From Leucoraja erinacea (Eukaryota), in contig NC_073382.1 in assembly GCF_028641065.1 (NCBI RefSeq), positions 81,282,001-81,346,000 on the forward strand: DNA of 64,000 nt, written 5' to 3'. Within the stretch, counting starts at the first letter, position 1. Each line of letters starts with the position of its first letter. This document shows, in pieces, positions 1 through 12,905 of the stretch. The notes under the pieces are model-generated. The model had not been told where the DNA came from. It did not search any database and saw only the letters and a program-made list of their open reading frames with translations. The position numbers and the translations under genes are program-made.

Positions 1-345
1 TAGACACAAAATGCTGGAGTAACTCAGCGGGCCAGGCAACATCTCTGGAGAGAAGGAACGGGTGATGTTTCGGGTCGAGACCCTTCTTCAGACTGAGCTC
101 AAGCAGACGCAATGTGTAGGAAGGAACTGCAGATGCTGGTTTACACCGAAGATAGTCACAAAATATTAGAGTAACTCAGCGGGACAGGCGGCATCTCTGG
201 AGAGAAGGAATGGGTGACGTCTCTGAAGAATGGTCTCCACCCAAAATGTCACCCATCTCTTCTCTGCAGAGATGCTGCCTGTCCCGTTGAGTTACTCCAG
301 CACTTTGTGTCGGTGTAAACCAGCATCTGCAGTTCTTTCCTACAC
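1..345. mobile_element. Penelope-derived terminal repeat cluster (tandem plus inverted copies)
   Basis: Repeated GCTGGAGTAACTCAGCGGG..GCATCTCTGGAGAGAAGGAATGGGTGAC and its reverse complement. The same family lies at ~470-690, 1283-1455, 2062-2160, 3650-3780, 19598-19830, 26460-26655, 41215-41690 and 48468-48593. Confidence 0.7.
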
Positions 346-1911
346 ATTAATTCTCTTCCCCCTCACCAATCCCAGGAATTATTCCTCTTTTCCATTATTC
401 CCAGGAATCAACGTTCTCCCTTACCATCCCCAGAACTCAGAACCCCTTTGAACCAAATGTGTTGGGAAAGGAACTGCAGACGCCGGTTTAAACAAGCCAA
501 AGACAGACACAAAATGCTGCCGTAACTCAGCGGGACAAGCAACATATCTGGAGAGAGGAATGGGTGATGTTTCATGTCGAGATCCTTCTAGAAGAGGGTC
601 TCAGTCGGAAGAAGGGTCTCGAACTAAAAAGGTCGCCCATTCCTTGCTGTCTGTCCCACTGAGTTACTCCAGCATTTTGTGTCTATCCAGGATCTATCAC
701 TTTGCCAGCACCAACAGTGCTCCCCAGTTCCCTAAAATCCATCCATCCCGTGTGAGAGGCCTTCAGTCCTTCATCGGTGCCTGGGGTTCTGGACAGATCA
801 TGTGATAGGAGTGGAATTATGCCATTCGGCCCATCAAGTCTACTCCGCCATACAATCATGGCTGATCCTCCTAACCCCATTCTCCTGCCTTCTCTCCATA
901 ACCTCTGGCACCCGTACTAATCAAGAATCTATCTATCTCTGCATTGAAAATATCCACTGACTTGGCCTCCACAGCCGTCTGTGGCAAAGAATTCCACAGA
1001 TTCACCACCCGGTGAGTAAAGAAATTCCTCCTCATCTCATTTCCTGACAGTTGTGACTCCTCCCACAAACGTGGCCCAAAGCTTTGTTGGCATCTTCAGG
1101 ACTGTTTCATCACTGGTCCAACCGGGGCAAGGTTACTTTTAACAAGCTGTGTACCGCATGTTAAAAATAACGCCACGCTAAAAGTTAGATGGTCGAAATG
1201 GGATTCATCCCTCACCAAAACAATCACTGAACCAGGGTCATTTTTAATTTGGCACATCCTGACCCTGTGTGTTGTAGAATATGGTCACAAAATGCTGGAG
1301 TAACTCAGCGGGGCAGGCAGACACCATCTCTGGAGAAGATGTATAGGTGACTTTTCTGGTCAGGACCCTTCTCCAGAGATGCTGACTGGCCCGCTGAGTT
1401 AGTCCAGTACTTTGGTCCGGTTTATCTTTGGTATAAACCAGCATCTGCAGTTTGTTGCTCCTACCAGCGTGTTGTGTGTTCCTGCCCTTCACTCCAAGAG
1501 CATCCTCAATGGCAGCAACATGCACTCGTTCATCGGTCAACCTACATTTCAGACTCTCTCTGCTGGTGGAATCCTCCACGTTAACGCCGGCATATTCCAA
1601 CAAGAGAAGCAAGCCCTCGCTCCCCAGTCGAAACCCCTTCAACTGCCATGCGATTGTGATGTGAATTTGTACGCCCCATTTTTGGCACAGCTTGTCCTCC
1701 CCATCACCCCTTGAGTATTACCTTCTACAGGGAAATATAACAAAACATTTTCACAGAATTCATCATTTATTGAGTTTTAACTAAGTACTTTTGCAATTTA
1801 AAAAAAAAAAACAACGAGTGTATGAAAGCAAGGAAGTTGAAACCTCCCACAAACATCATCAGCATCTGGTGGGCTTCAGCCTGAGCCTCTAGAGATTCAC
1901 AAGTCTTTGAT

Positions 1912-1946
<35 letters not shown>

Positions 1947-4683
1947 ATGCCCATCCAAGGTCTACTCCGCCATGCCTCAGGGGCAAGAGTTTCTCATTCA
2001 ACATTATTAATTTTCCAATTCCCAACGTCATTAATAACAGAGGTCTTATCTTTGGATAAAATCTGAAGAAGGGTCTCGACCCGAAATGTCGCCTATTCCC
2101 TTCGCTCCATAGATGCTGCCTCACCCGCTGAGTTTCTCCAGCATTTTTGTCCACCTTCTTATCTTTGGACATCAGTAGAAAACCCGCTGTGTTGCTCAGC
2201 AGTGATTTCCAATCCTGGTTCTATGAATTGGGGCTAGGAGGGGGAGGGGGGGACTTCATTCAGTCTGCACCCAGATCTGTGAGTTGAAATAGTTTTGGTT
2301 CAGGAAGTGGAGACTTTTCATTTAAGTTTGATGTCTTTTTGCTATTTATTTTCTTGGGGTTTGAGTTGACTGCTTACTAAGTCCACAGACTCTCTCAGCA
2401 CAGACTTCCAGAGTTCCATGCCATGTTTCGTCTGTTACTTTTTTTTAAAATTCAAAATGTATTTTCATAGTAATTTATTTGAGAACTTTAAATAGAGGGA
2501 GAAGCAATAATATTGAAGTATTTGGATGCCTTGCACTTTGTGAAATGCCGATTAACTCATTTGTTCTGTAACACACCGGGTTGTGTGAAAGGTGTTCTCA
2601 TCGTCGACCAAGCCTGCTGGAGATTGTGCAGCGCCTCTGGCTTGTTTAAGTTGCTGGAAAAAATCGAAGGTAGACTAAAATGCTGGAGTAACTCCGCGGG
2701 TGAGGCAGCATCTACGGAGCGTAGATGCTGCCTCACCCGCTGAGTTTCTCCAGCATTTTTGTCTACCTCTGGCTTGTTGGTGCATTGGCAAAGACAAACA
2801 CTGTGTAAATGCTGCTTACTTTGTTGCCCTTGCTGCTGCGATCCAATCAACTTCATCACCGCGTATTGGAGTCAGGAAGGGGGCCGGCGGTGAATTGGGA
2901 ACGTCCGACTCCGGTTCACCTGTCCACGTTCGGATTCAAGGGCGTGGAATCGCTGGGAAGCGTTCACCTTTGCAAATCCGCAGCCACCCACGAGAAACGG
3001 ATGCTGAACGTCGACAGGGCGGCATTGTGCGAGCTGGAGCCGCTGCCTGGAAGTCGGCTTTGCACCACCCGACATCAGCTGCTGCCGCAGCACCCGGAGC
3101 GGACTGGAGCTGAGGTGTCTGTGTGAGACAGTTGAACTGTGCAACCTCTGCTGGGGTTCCCGTGCATCTGGCTCTGACAGTGTTATTGCCTCATGGCTTC
3201 TGCCCCTTGACCGTGAGCTTTTGTGATGATTTTCTCCTCTTCCCACACTACCCTCACCTCCAGGGCTAATATTTCAAGAGCCACACAGGAGAGTGGGGTC
3301 GATGCAAACTGAACTATGTCCATTAGGTTTTAATTTTGTTGTGCGCCTGCATTTGCAGCTACATCAATGTGGCGCCTGAGATATGGAAAGAGTTTGCAAT
3401 GTATCTGTGGTGATGAAGCCCCCTCCATCTTTCCCTTCCCCCCGTCCACCTCTCTTCCCTCCTCTGGCTTCACAATATCCACCTGTTCTATCCATGTCAC
3501 ACCTTTTTGCATTTGCATTTCTGGCCTTTCTCCAACCATCTGACAATCAACTCCCCCCCCCCCCACTCATCACCTGTATCCACCTATCACTCGCCAGGGT
3601 TTATCCTGCCTCTCCACTCTTCCAGCTTTCTTACCCCAGACTGCAATCAGTCTGAAGAAGGGTCCCGACCCAAAACATCACCTTTCCATCTTCTCCAAAG
3701 ATGCTGCCCGACCAGCTAAGTTACTCCAGCACTCTGTGTCATATTCTTGTGTAAGCCAGCATCTGCAGTAGTTTGTGTCTCCCACAGCTTCCATCCTGAC
3801 CTCTCCCACACTTGGCCCCTTTCTACCCACACGTTCACTCTCTCTAGAAATCAGCGTGCTTTACAATCGAGGCTTGCTGCACCATCCCGTTCCCATCTGG
3901 CCTTCCCTTCTGTTGTCCAACCTCCGTTGTCCAATCCCACAGATTGTTGATCCTGCCACTTCCTGTTTCCTTTTGACCTCGGCAGTGACCTGTGTTGTTC
4001 TATTACAAAGATTAATGTTTTTTTGGGGGGGGCTCTATGAATATGAACATTCAAATTATTAAATCGGTGGATTTAAAATGTTCGTTCTCGTGCCAAGAGA
4101 GGGGACGGTCTCTCGATAAGCTGTATTTCTTGTGTTCAGTGTTGGTATATTTATTTATGAATTAAAGTCTATATTAAAAAAAAGTGACGTCTGACTTTGG
4201 CTTTACGAGGATGTTGCCAGGACTAGAGGGTGTGAGCTACAAGGAGAGGTTGAGTAGGCTGGGACTCTATTCCATGGAGCACAAGAGGATGAGGGGTAAT
4301 CTAAAAGAGGTGTATAAAATCATGAGAGGAATAGATCAGATAGATGTACAGAGTCTCTTGCCTAGAGTATGTGAATCGAGGACCAGAGGACATAGGTTCA
4401 AGGTGAAGGGGAAAGGGTTTAATAAGAATCTGAGGGGTAACTTTTTCACACAGAGGGAGGTGGGTGTCATGAGCTGCCAAAGGAGGTAGTTGAGGCTAGG
4501 ACTATCCCAACTTTTAAGAAACAGTGGATAGAACAGGTTTGGAGGGATATGGACCAAGTGCAGGCAGGTGGGACTAGTGTTGGCCAGTATAGGCAAGTTG
4601 GGCCGAAGGGCCTGTTTATACGCTGTATCACTATCTCTCTCTGACTATTGCTGTGTCCACATCATGTGTTATCTTGCGATCAA

Positions 4684-4980
4684 GGGCGGCACGGTGGCGC
4701 AGTGGTAGAGTTGCTGCCTTACAGTGCTTGCAACGCCAGAGACCCGGGTTCGATTCCGACTACGGGTGCTGTGTGTCCGGAGTTTGTACATTCTCTCCAT
4801 AACTACGTGGGTTTTCTCTGAGATTTCCTCCCACACTCTAAAAACACACAGGTTTGTAGGTTAATTGGCTTGGTATGAATGGATAAATTGTTCATAGTCT
4901 GTGTAAGATAGTGTTAATGTGCGTGGATCGCTGGTCGGTGGGCCGAAGGGCCCGTTTCCGCGCTGTTTCTCTAAACTGAA
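4684..4980 (+). mobile_element. V-SINE (HE1-like)
   Basis: tRNA-like head (TGGCGCAGTGG, GGTTCGATTCC), V-domain GGAGTTTGTACATTCTC..TTTCCTCCCACACTC, tail GGGCCGAAGGGCC..CTAAACT. Confidence 0.85.
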
Positions 4981-5281
4981 CTGAATATTAATACGATATC
5001 TTTTCTGCCCCAGAACTGTGAATGGCCAGGTGCATGAGAGATGGAATATATTATAGCCATACTGTACGGAAACAGGCCCTTCGGCCCAACTCGTTTGTGG
5101 TCCATATCCCTCTAAACCTTTCCTATCCTTAAGCCTGTCCACGTGTCTTTTGAAAGTTGTGATAGTACCTGCCTCAGCTACCTCCTCAGGCAGCTCGTTC
5201 CATATACCCACCACCCTCTGTGTGAAAAAGTTGCCCATCAGATTCCTAATAAATGGCTTAGTGAAAGTAAAAGCAGTGAAA

Positions 5282-6050
5282 GCAGACTATTATCTAAATG
5301 GTGGCCGATTGGGAAAGGGGGAGATGCAGCGAGACCTGGGTGTCATGGTACACCAGTCATTGAAGGTAGGCATGCAGGTGCAGCAGGCAGTAAAGAAAGC
5401 GAATGGTATGTTAGCTTTCATTGCAAAAGGATTTGAGTATAGGAGCAGGGAGGTTCTACTGCAGTTGTACAGGGTCTTGGTGTGACCACACCTGGAGTAT
5501 TGCGTACAGTTTTGGTCTCCAAATCTGAGGAAGGACATTATTGCCATAGAGGGAGTGCAGAGACGGTTCACCAGACTGATTCCTGGGATGTCAGGACTGT
5601 CTTATGAAGAAAGACTGGATAGACTTGGTTTATACTCTCTAGAATTTAGGAGATTGAGAGGGGATCTTATAGAAACTTACAAAATTCTTAAGGGGTTGGA
5701 CAGGCTAGATGCAGGAAGATTGTTCCCGATGTTGGGGAAGTCCAGGACAAGGGGTCACAGCTTAAGGATAAGGGGGAAATCCTTTAAAACCGAGATGAGA
5801 AGAACTTTTTTCACACAGAGAGTGGTGAATCTCTGGAACTCTCTGCCACAGAGGGTAGTTGAGGCCAGTTCATTGGCTATATTTAAGAGGGAGTTAGATG
5901 TGGCCCTTGTGGCTAAGGGGATCAGGGGGTATGGAGAGAAGGCAGGTACGGGACTCTGAGTTGGATGATCAGCCATGATCATATTGAATGGCGGTGCAGG
6001 CTCGAAGGGCCGAATGGCCTACTCCTGCACCTAATTTCTATGTTTCTATG
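5282..6050 (+). mobile_element. CR1/HER1 LINE 3' fragment
   Basis: ORF2 C-terminus QRRFTRLIPG..YEERL..RGDLIETYK..RGHSL..FFTQRVVNLWNSLP, tail (TTTCTATG)n, in-frame stop. Confidence 0.9.
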
Positions 6051-6261
6051 CTTGGTATAAAATGTAAAATTGTCCCTCGTGTGTGTTGGGCAGTGTTATT
6101 TTGCAAGGATCGCTGGTCACTGCGGACTCGGTGGGTCGAAGGGCCTGAGGGGCAATCTGGGCCGAATGGTCTGTTTCCTTCCTATATGACTGTGCTGAGG
6201 ATGCCAAATAATTTATTATTGTTGCGTGCACCGAGATACAATGAGAAGCTTTGTTAAAGGC

Positions 6262-6560
6262 AGCGGCTCGGAGGCGCAGCGGTAGAGTTCAATCCGGGTT
6301 CGATCCCGACTATGGGTGCCATCTGTACGGAGTTTGTACCTTCTCCCCGTGACCTGCGTGGGTCTTCTCCGAGATCTTCTGTTTCTTCCCGCACACCAAT
6401 GACGCGCAGGTTTGTAGGTTAATTGGCTTGGTATAAATGTAAAAAATCTATTTCTAGTGGGTGTAAGATTGTGTTAATGTGCGGGGATCGCTGGTCGGCG
6501 CGGACTCGATGGGCCAATGGGCCTGTTTCCGCGCTGTATCTAAAGTAAACTAAACTAAAA
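6262..6560 (+). mobile_element. V-SINE (HE1-like)
   Basis: Same family; forms an inverted pair with the copy at 6775-7092. Confidence 0.8.
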
Positions 6561-6774
6561 ATGCCCCCTTCCACCCTGTCCATCTATGTTGTCACATGGT
6601 CTTTATTGACCATTGAATTCTCCAATTTTAGGTAACCTCTAACTTCTCCCCACCTTTCTCCATCGTCACTCCCTTTCTTTCCCTCAAACCCTAACCACTC
6701 CCCTGTTACCCAACGGGACGCACCTATTTCTCCCCTCCACCTACATTACTTCCTCTGGCTCCATAATTCACAAC

Positions 6775-7092
6775 TTTAGTTTAGAAATACCGCGTGGAAA
6801 CAGGCCCTTCGGCCCACCGGGTCCGCGCCGACCAATGATCCCTGCACATTAACACTATCCTACACCCACTAGGGATAATCTTTTAACATTTACCAATCCA
6901 ATTAACCTACAAACCTGCGCGTCATTGGTGTGCGGGAAGAAACAGAAGATCTTGGAGAAGACCAACGCAGGTCACGGGGAGAAGGTACAAATTCCGTACA
7001 GGTGGCGCCCATAGTCGGGACCGAACCCGGGTCTCCGGCGCTGCATTCGCTGCAAGACAGCAACTCTACCGCTGCACCACCGTGACCGCCCA
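6775..7092 (-). mobile_element. V-SINE (HE1-like), full length
   Basis: Head, V-domain and tail all present on the minus strand. Confidence 0.85.
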
Positions 7093-8099
7093 ACTCTTCA
7101 ATCCTTTTGTCTTACATCAGTTTCAGTTCAGTTTAGTTCACTGTCACGTGTACCAAGGTGCAGTGAAAAGCTTTTGCTTTTAAAGACAATGCATGATTAC
7201 AATCCAGCCATTTACAGTGTATAGATACATGATAAGGGAATAACGTTTAGTGCAAGGTAAAGCCAGCAAAGTCCAATCAAGGAAAGTCAGGGGGTCATAA
7301 AAGAGGTTGGGCGTAGTTCAGCACTGCTCTATGGCTGTGGTAGGATGATTGTGAACCTAGACAGATGATGTTTCGGTTTGAGACCCTTCTTCATTGGTCT
7401 GTGTAATGGACTGGGCCACACCTACAATACTTTTTTTTGTGGTCTTGCACAAAGATGTTCCCAAACCGAGCTGTGATGCATCCCAACAGTATGCTTTCTA
7501 TGGTGCATCTGTGGAAATTTATAAGAGTCACTGGAAATATGCCAAATTTCCTCAGTCTCCGCAGGAAGTAGAGGCATTGGTGTGCTTTCTTGGTCCATGA
7601 CAGAGTGTTGGTAATATTAACACCAACAAAGGACTTGGAGGGATGCAGACCTAATACAGGCAAATGGGACTAGTACAGATTGGCATAGGGTTGGCATGAA
7701 GTCAAGAGTGTTTATTGTCATACATCCCAGATAGAACAATGAAATTCTTACTTGCAGCAGCATAACACAATATGTAAATATAGTACTCTGTAAACAATAT
7801 AATAAATGAGGGGGGGGGGGGGGGGGGGGGGGGGAGTCTGAAGAAAGGTCTCGACCTATTCCTTTTTTCCAGGGATGCAATCTGACTCGCTGAGTTACTC
7901 CAGCTTTTTGTGTCTACAATCAATGGAGATATTCCAATTAGGTCCAGTGTATGGACGTTTCTGAATGGAATGGCAGGCACTGAGGGCTGAATGGCCTGCT
8001 ATTTATTCTGCAGTTGTAGGAACCAGCAATGCGCAGAATGGGCTGCACTAATTCCCTGCACTACAATACTGATCTAGTAGCTTTGATACTGACTGCGGT

Positions 8100-8560
8100 T
8101 CCAAGGTGGCTGGACCCGGTGGGAGGGACATCCTTGCAGAGAGAAGGACTACAACTCCCAGCGGCCAGCACGCCCCGCGCATGCTCGATGTCGCCAGGGC
8201 GGTAACCATAGTGACGGGGCCTCCGGAGCCTGAGGTAAAATTAAAAATTATATATATTCCGTCAAATCGGCCGCATTGCCCTGCGAATCACCTGGCGGTG
8301 GGTTAAGGGCGGTGCGGAGGGTTGGGGGTGGTGGGGGTCGAGGTCTGAGGCCCCGGCCTTGTCCCGGAGCGAAGCCTGAAGCCTCGGGCCTGGGCCCGGA
8401 ACTGAATCTAAAGCCTCAGCTCTGAGCCCGGGTCTCAGTCGAGGATTCGCCGCTGTTTTGTTTTTAAGGCGATTGAATTGTTATTTCCGGGGCGAGAGGG
8501 CTAACTGAGGCTAAGCCCCGCCCGCACAGCAAGATCCCACAGACCGGGGGTGGAGGCCTC
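8100..8560 (+). promoter_or_regulatory. CpG-rich housekeeping-type promoter with probable non-coding first exon (donor after 8234)
   Basis: CpG-dense, non-repeat island. ZNF143/SBS motif ACTACAACTCCCAGC 8148-8162, NRF1-like GCGCATGC 8177-8184, RFX X-box-like GTAACCATAGTGAC 8202-8215, and donor GAG|GTAAAA at 8234/8235. Confidence 0.6.
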
Positions 8561-9109
8561 AGGCCCGGGGTCTCTTGCACAGGTACTTGGATAGGACAGG
8601 TTTGGAGGGACGTGGGCCAAACGCGGGCAGGTGGGACTGGTGTAGCATAGAAACATAGACAATAGGTGCAGGAGTAGGCCATTCGGCCCTTCGAGCCAGC
8701 ACCATTCGCCATTCAATATGATCATGGCTGATTATCCAACTCAGTATCCCATCCCTGCCTTCTCTCCATACCCCCTGATCCCTTTAGCCAAAAGGGTCAC
8801 ATCTAACTCCCTCTTAAATGTAGCCAATGAACTGTCCTCAACTACCTTCTGTGGCAGAGAATTCCACAGATTCACCACTCTCTGTGTGTAGCTGGGACAT
8901 GTTGGGCAAGTTGGGCCGAAGGGCCTGTTTCCACACTGTGTGACACTCATCTCTTGTGTCTCCATTTTCACCAATCCACTGCAAAGCTCATCCTTCTGCT
9001 TCCGCAGATGCTGACCGACCCGCAGAGCTCCGCCAGCACTTTCTTGTTTGGCCCAGATTCCAGCATCTACAGCCCTCCAAAGCCCTCCCCACTAATCCTA
9101 AAGGTACGG

Positions 9110-9790
9110 TTTTGACACCCCTATCATAAGGCAAGTTTCCCACTTTCCAAATGTTCTTAATATCTAATAGGGAGGTTTCACGGCAGTCGGGTCACGACCC
9201 ATGACCCGTACTGTTGCTACGCTATGCCAAGTGGAGTACACGCGATGAACTGCAGGTAGGCACTGACCATTGTTTCCAGCGTAGCGGGCCCATTAAAACC
9301 CGCTGAAATTGTCAATTTTTGCGCTGTAAATAATTATGGAAATCGGGATAATTGTGAGAGACATTTAGCCTACTTCAGAATTCCAAAAGTGAGGAGAAAT
9401 AACGGTAGATAGAAGCGAGAGCTGAAGGGACAACAACAGCCAGAGTGCTTGGCGAACATTGGCCATTTGCTCATTGCATTTCATCAACTAAGGCATTTTT
9501 TGTGTTTTTTATTGATTCCTTTGGCATCTAAAAAGTTTCAGAAGTGATAAATCTGGCTGTAAAATTTTAAAATCGCCCATGGTTCTCAAGTGGGGTTTTA
9601 CATACAAAAAGAAAAACGCCTCTGAAGCGAAATTTACAACCAGATTTATCACTTCTGAGACTTTTTAGATACCGAAACTTCCGCCATTTCAGTAACCCCG
9701 ACCCGAATCACGCTCAGTGTAATGAGCGTTGCGGGGAACATTTTATGTATTTTTAAATGTTTTAAATGTTTTTTTAAATTTTAGTTTTAA
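9110..9790. mobile_element. Probable non-autonomous DNA transposon with internal inverted repeat
   Basis: AT-rich non-LINE segment with ~48-bp inverted arms at 9520-9567 and 9630-9677. Boundaries are approximate. Confidence 0.4.
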
Positions 9791-9931
9791 ACGGCACATA
9801 CCTTGTACAGGGAGGAACTGCAGATGCTGGTTTAAACCGAAGACAGACACAAAAGGCTGGAGTAAATCAGCGGATCAGGCAGCATCTCTGGAGAAAAGGA
9901 CTAGGTGATATTTCGGGTCGGCTTTTTCGGT

Positions 9932-10424
<493 letters not shown>

Positions 10425-10929
10425 TAAGGAGGAGTTGGTTTTTTTTAAACCCCGAAGGAAATAGATGTTTAACAAAAAAAGGGGAGGCCGGCGATCGCTC
10501 CGTTTCCGTGTCGGAGAGAGGGGGGTGGGGGGTGATGGTTTTAGTGGAGACGGGTCTCGATCCGAAATGTCACCTATTCCTTTTGTCCAGAAATGTCGCC
10601 TGACCCGCTGCATTTTGTGTATATCCTTTAATCTCTCAGCCTGATATAGCAGAATCGCCCTGAATTAGCTTGACGCCATGATGGAAGCCGGTTACGCAAA
10701 TGGCGCTACGATTACCCATCATCTACTACGGCTTTTTAGCGGAGTGGACCATCTTGCTCGCTATAGGATCTTTGGATGGGACGTGTTGGTCCGTGTGGAC
10801 AAGTTGAGCCGAAGGGCCTCTTTCCGTGGTGTGTGACCACCCTATCCTTGCTCTCATGACCATGTAATGAAGGCAAGCTTCCAACTCTTCATTCTGAAGG
10901 AAGAGCTCTGACGGATAGTGGAGTTAATG

Positions 10930-11358
10930 GGATGGCAGGACTTTCATATGAAGAAAGACTGGATAGACTTGGCTTGTACTCGCTAGAATTTAGAAGATTG
11001 AGGGGGAATCTTATAGAAACTAGACAGGCTAGATGCAGGAAGATTGTTCCCATGTTCGGGAAGTCCAGAACAAGGGGTCACAGTTTGAGGATAAGGGTGA
11101 AGTCTTTTAGGACCGAGATGAGAAAAAAAAATTCACACAGAGAGTGGTGAATCTGTGGAATTCTCTGCCACAGAGGGTGGTTGAGGCCAGTTCATTGGCT
11201 ATATTTAAGAGGGAGTTAGATGTGGCCCTTGTGGCTAAGGGGATTAGGGGGTATGGAGGGAAGGCAGGTACAGGATACTAAATGTGGATGATCAGCCATG
11301 ATCACATTGAATGGCGGTGCTAGCTCGAAGGGCTGAATGGCCAACTTCTGCACCTATA
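10930..11358 (+). mobile_element. CR1 LINE 3' fragment
   Basis: Same ORF2 C-terminal motifs, frameshifted. Confidence 0.85.
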
Positions 11359-11535
11359 TAATAAATAAAGAAATAAATAAATAGATGCTGGAATAGTTCA
11401 GCAGGACTGGCAGCATCCCTGGTGAGAAAGAATGGGTGGCGTTTTGGGTCGAGACCCTTCTTCTGACATCCAGAGATGCTGCCAGTCCCGCTGAGTTTTG
11501 TGTCTATCTTGGGAGCCCTCATCATGGCATCACGA

Positions 11536-11802
11536 CAGATAGCACAATGGGCTAAGAGTTCGGCTGGCGACCGGAAGGTAGCCGGTTCAAATCCCGCTTG
11601 GAGTGCATACTGTCGTTGTGTCCTTGGGCAAGACACTTCACCCACCTTTGCCTGTAATGGAATGTAATTACGGCGGCAGGCGCGGGCACACCGCGACGCC
11701 CTGTGTCTCCCTTTCAAGGGAGATGCTAAAAATGCATTTCGTTGTCTCTGTACACTGTACACTGACAATGACAATAAATTGAATCATTTCATTTTTTTTT
11801 TT
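11536..11802 (+). mobile_element. tRNA-derived SINE of a second family (CORE/AFC-like centre, LINE-derived tail)
   Basis: A-box TAGCACAATGG and B-box GGTTCAAATCC, centre GTGTCCTTGGGCAAGACACTTCACCC, tail GACAATGACAATAAA followed by a T-rich end. Confidence 0.6.
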
Positions 11803-12905
11803 ATCATTTCATTTCATTATCCACTTGCATTGCCACCTTCAAACATCCACAGACGTGTACGTCGACGTCCCTCTGGTACTCAACGCTCCCCAGGGCCCTG
11901 CCGTTCATGGTAGACTTCCAACCCCACTCATCCACACCTTGCACTTTCAGGAATAAATTGTTCCCCATTCTCCTGCCCCAACTGTGCAAACTTTGAGACA
12001 GGATTAAGAATCATTTGGTCATTCATCACAGGTCCTCCCTGCCCGTTCCACTCTAATCCTGTTTGGCCCACATTCTTCCTGTAAAATGTCTTTTAAAAGT
12101 TGTTACGGAACCTAGAAACATAGACAATAGGTGCAGGAGTCAGCCATTTGGACCTTCGAGCCAGCACCTCCATTTATTGTGATCATGGCTGATCATCCAC
12201 AATCAGTAACCCATGCCTGCCTTCACCCCATATCCCTTGATTCCGCTAGCCCCTCGAGCTCTTTAAATTCATCCAGTGAATTGGCCTCCACTGCCTACAG
12301 TGGCAGAGAATTCCACAAATTCACAACTTTCTGAATGAAAAGGTTTTTCCTCGTCTCAGTATTAAATTGCCACCCCTTTATTCTTGGACTGTGGCCCCTG
12401 GTTCTGGACTCACCCAACATTGGGAACATTTTTCCTGCATCGAGCTTGTCCAGTCCTTTTATAATAATTGTATACATTTCTATAAGATGCCCCTCATCCT
12501 TCCAAATTTCAGTGAATACAAGCCCAACACAAGTACCTGCCTCACCTACCTGGTAGGTGTGTGGGACGAGCTGCCAGAGGAGGTATTTGAGGCAGGTACT
12601 ATCACAATGTTCAAAATATATTTGGGCAGGTACTTGGATAGGAAAGCCTTAGAGGGATATGGGCCATGCATGGGGCTAGGGTAGATGGCCATGGGCAAGT
12701 TGGGCCAAAGAGCCTGTTTCCTCTCTGAGTGACTGTGAAATGTAACTTTTTTACAGTTTGGTCACAAATTAGTTTATTGTCACGTGTACCGAGACTTTGC
12801 ATGTAATAATTTGCAATAATTTGCATGTTTATTTATTAATTCTGTTTCTAACCATGGAAGAGTTGGATTTAGCTCTTCAGGACTAAAGGAATCAAGGGAT
12901 ACGGG

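Noticed and set aside
1244-1714. Overlapping ORFs on both strands as a possible gene
   Set aside because: There is no recognisable homology, the ORFs run partly into repeat sequence, and the frame cannot be chosen from sequence alone.
4684-4760. tRNA-like A and B boxes
   Set aside because: This is a SINE head with no complete cloverleaf; the same applies to the other V-SINE copies.
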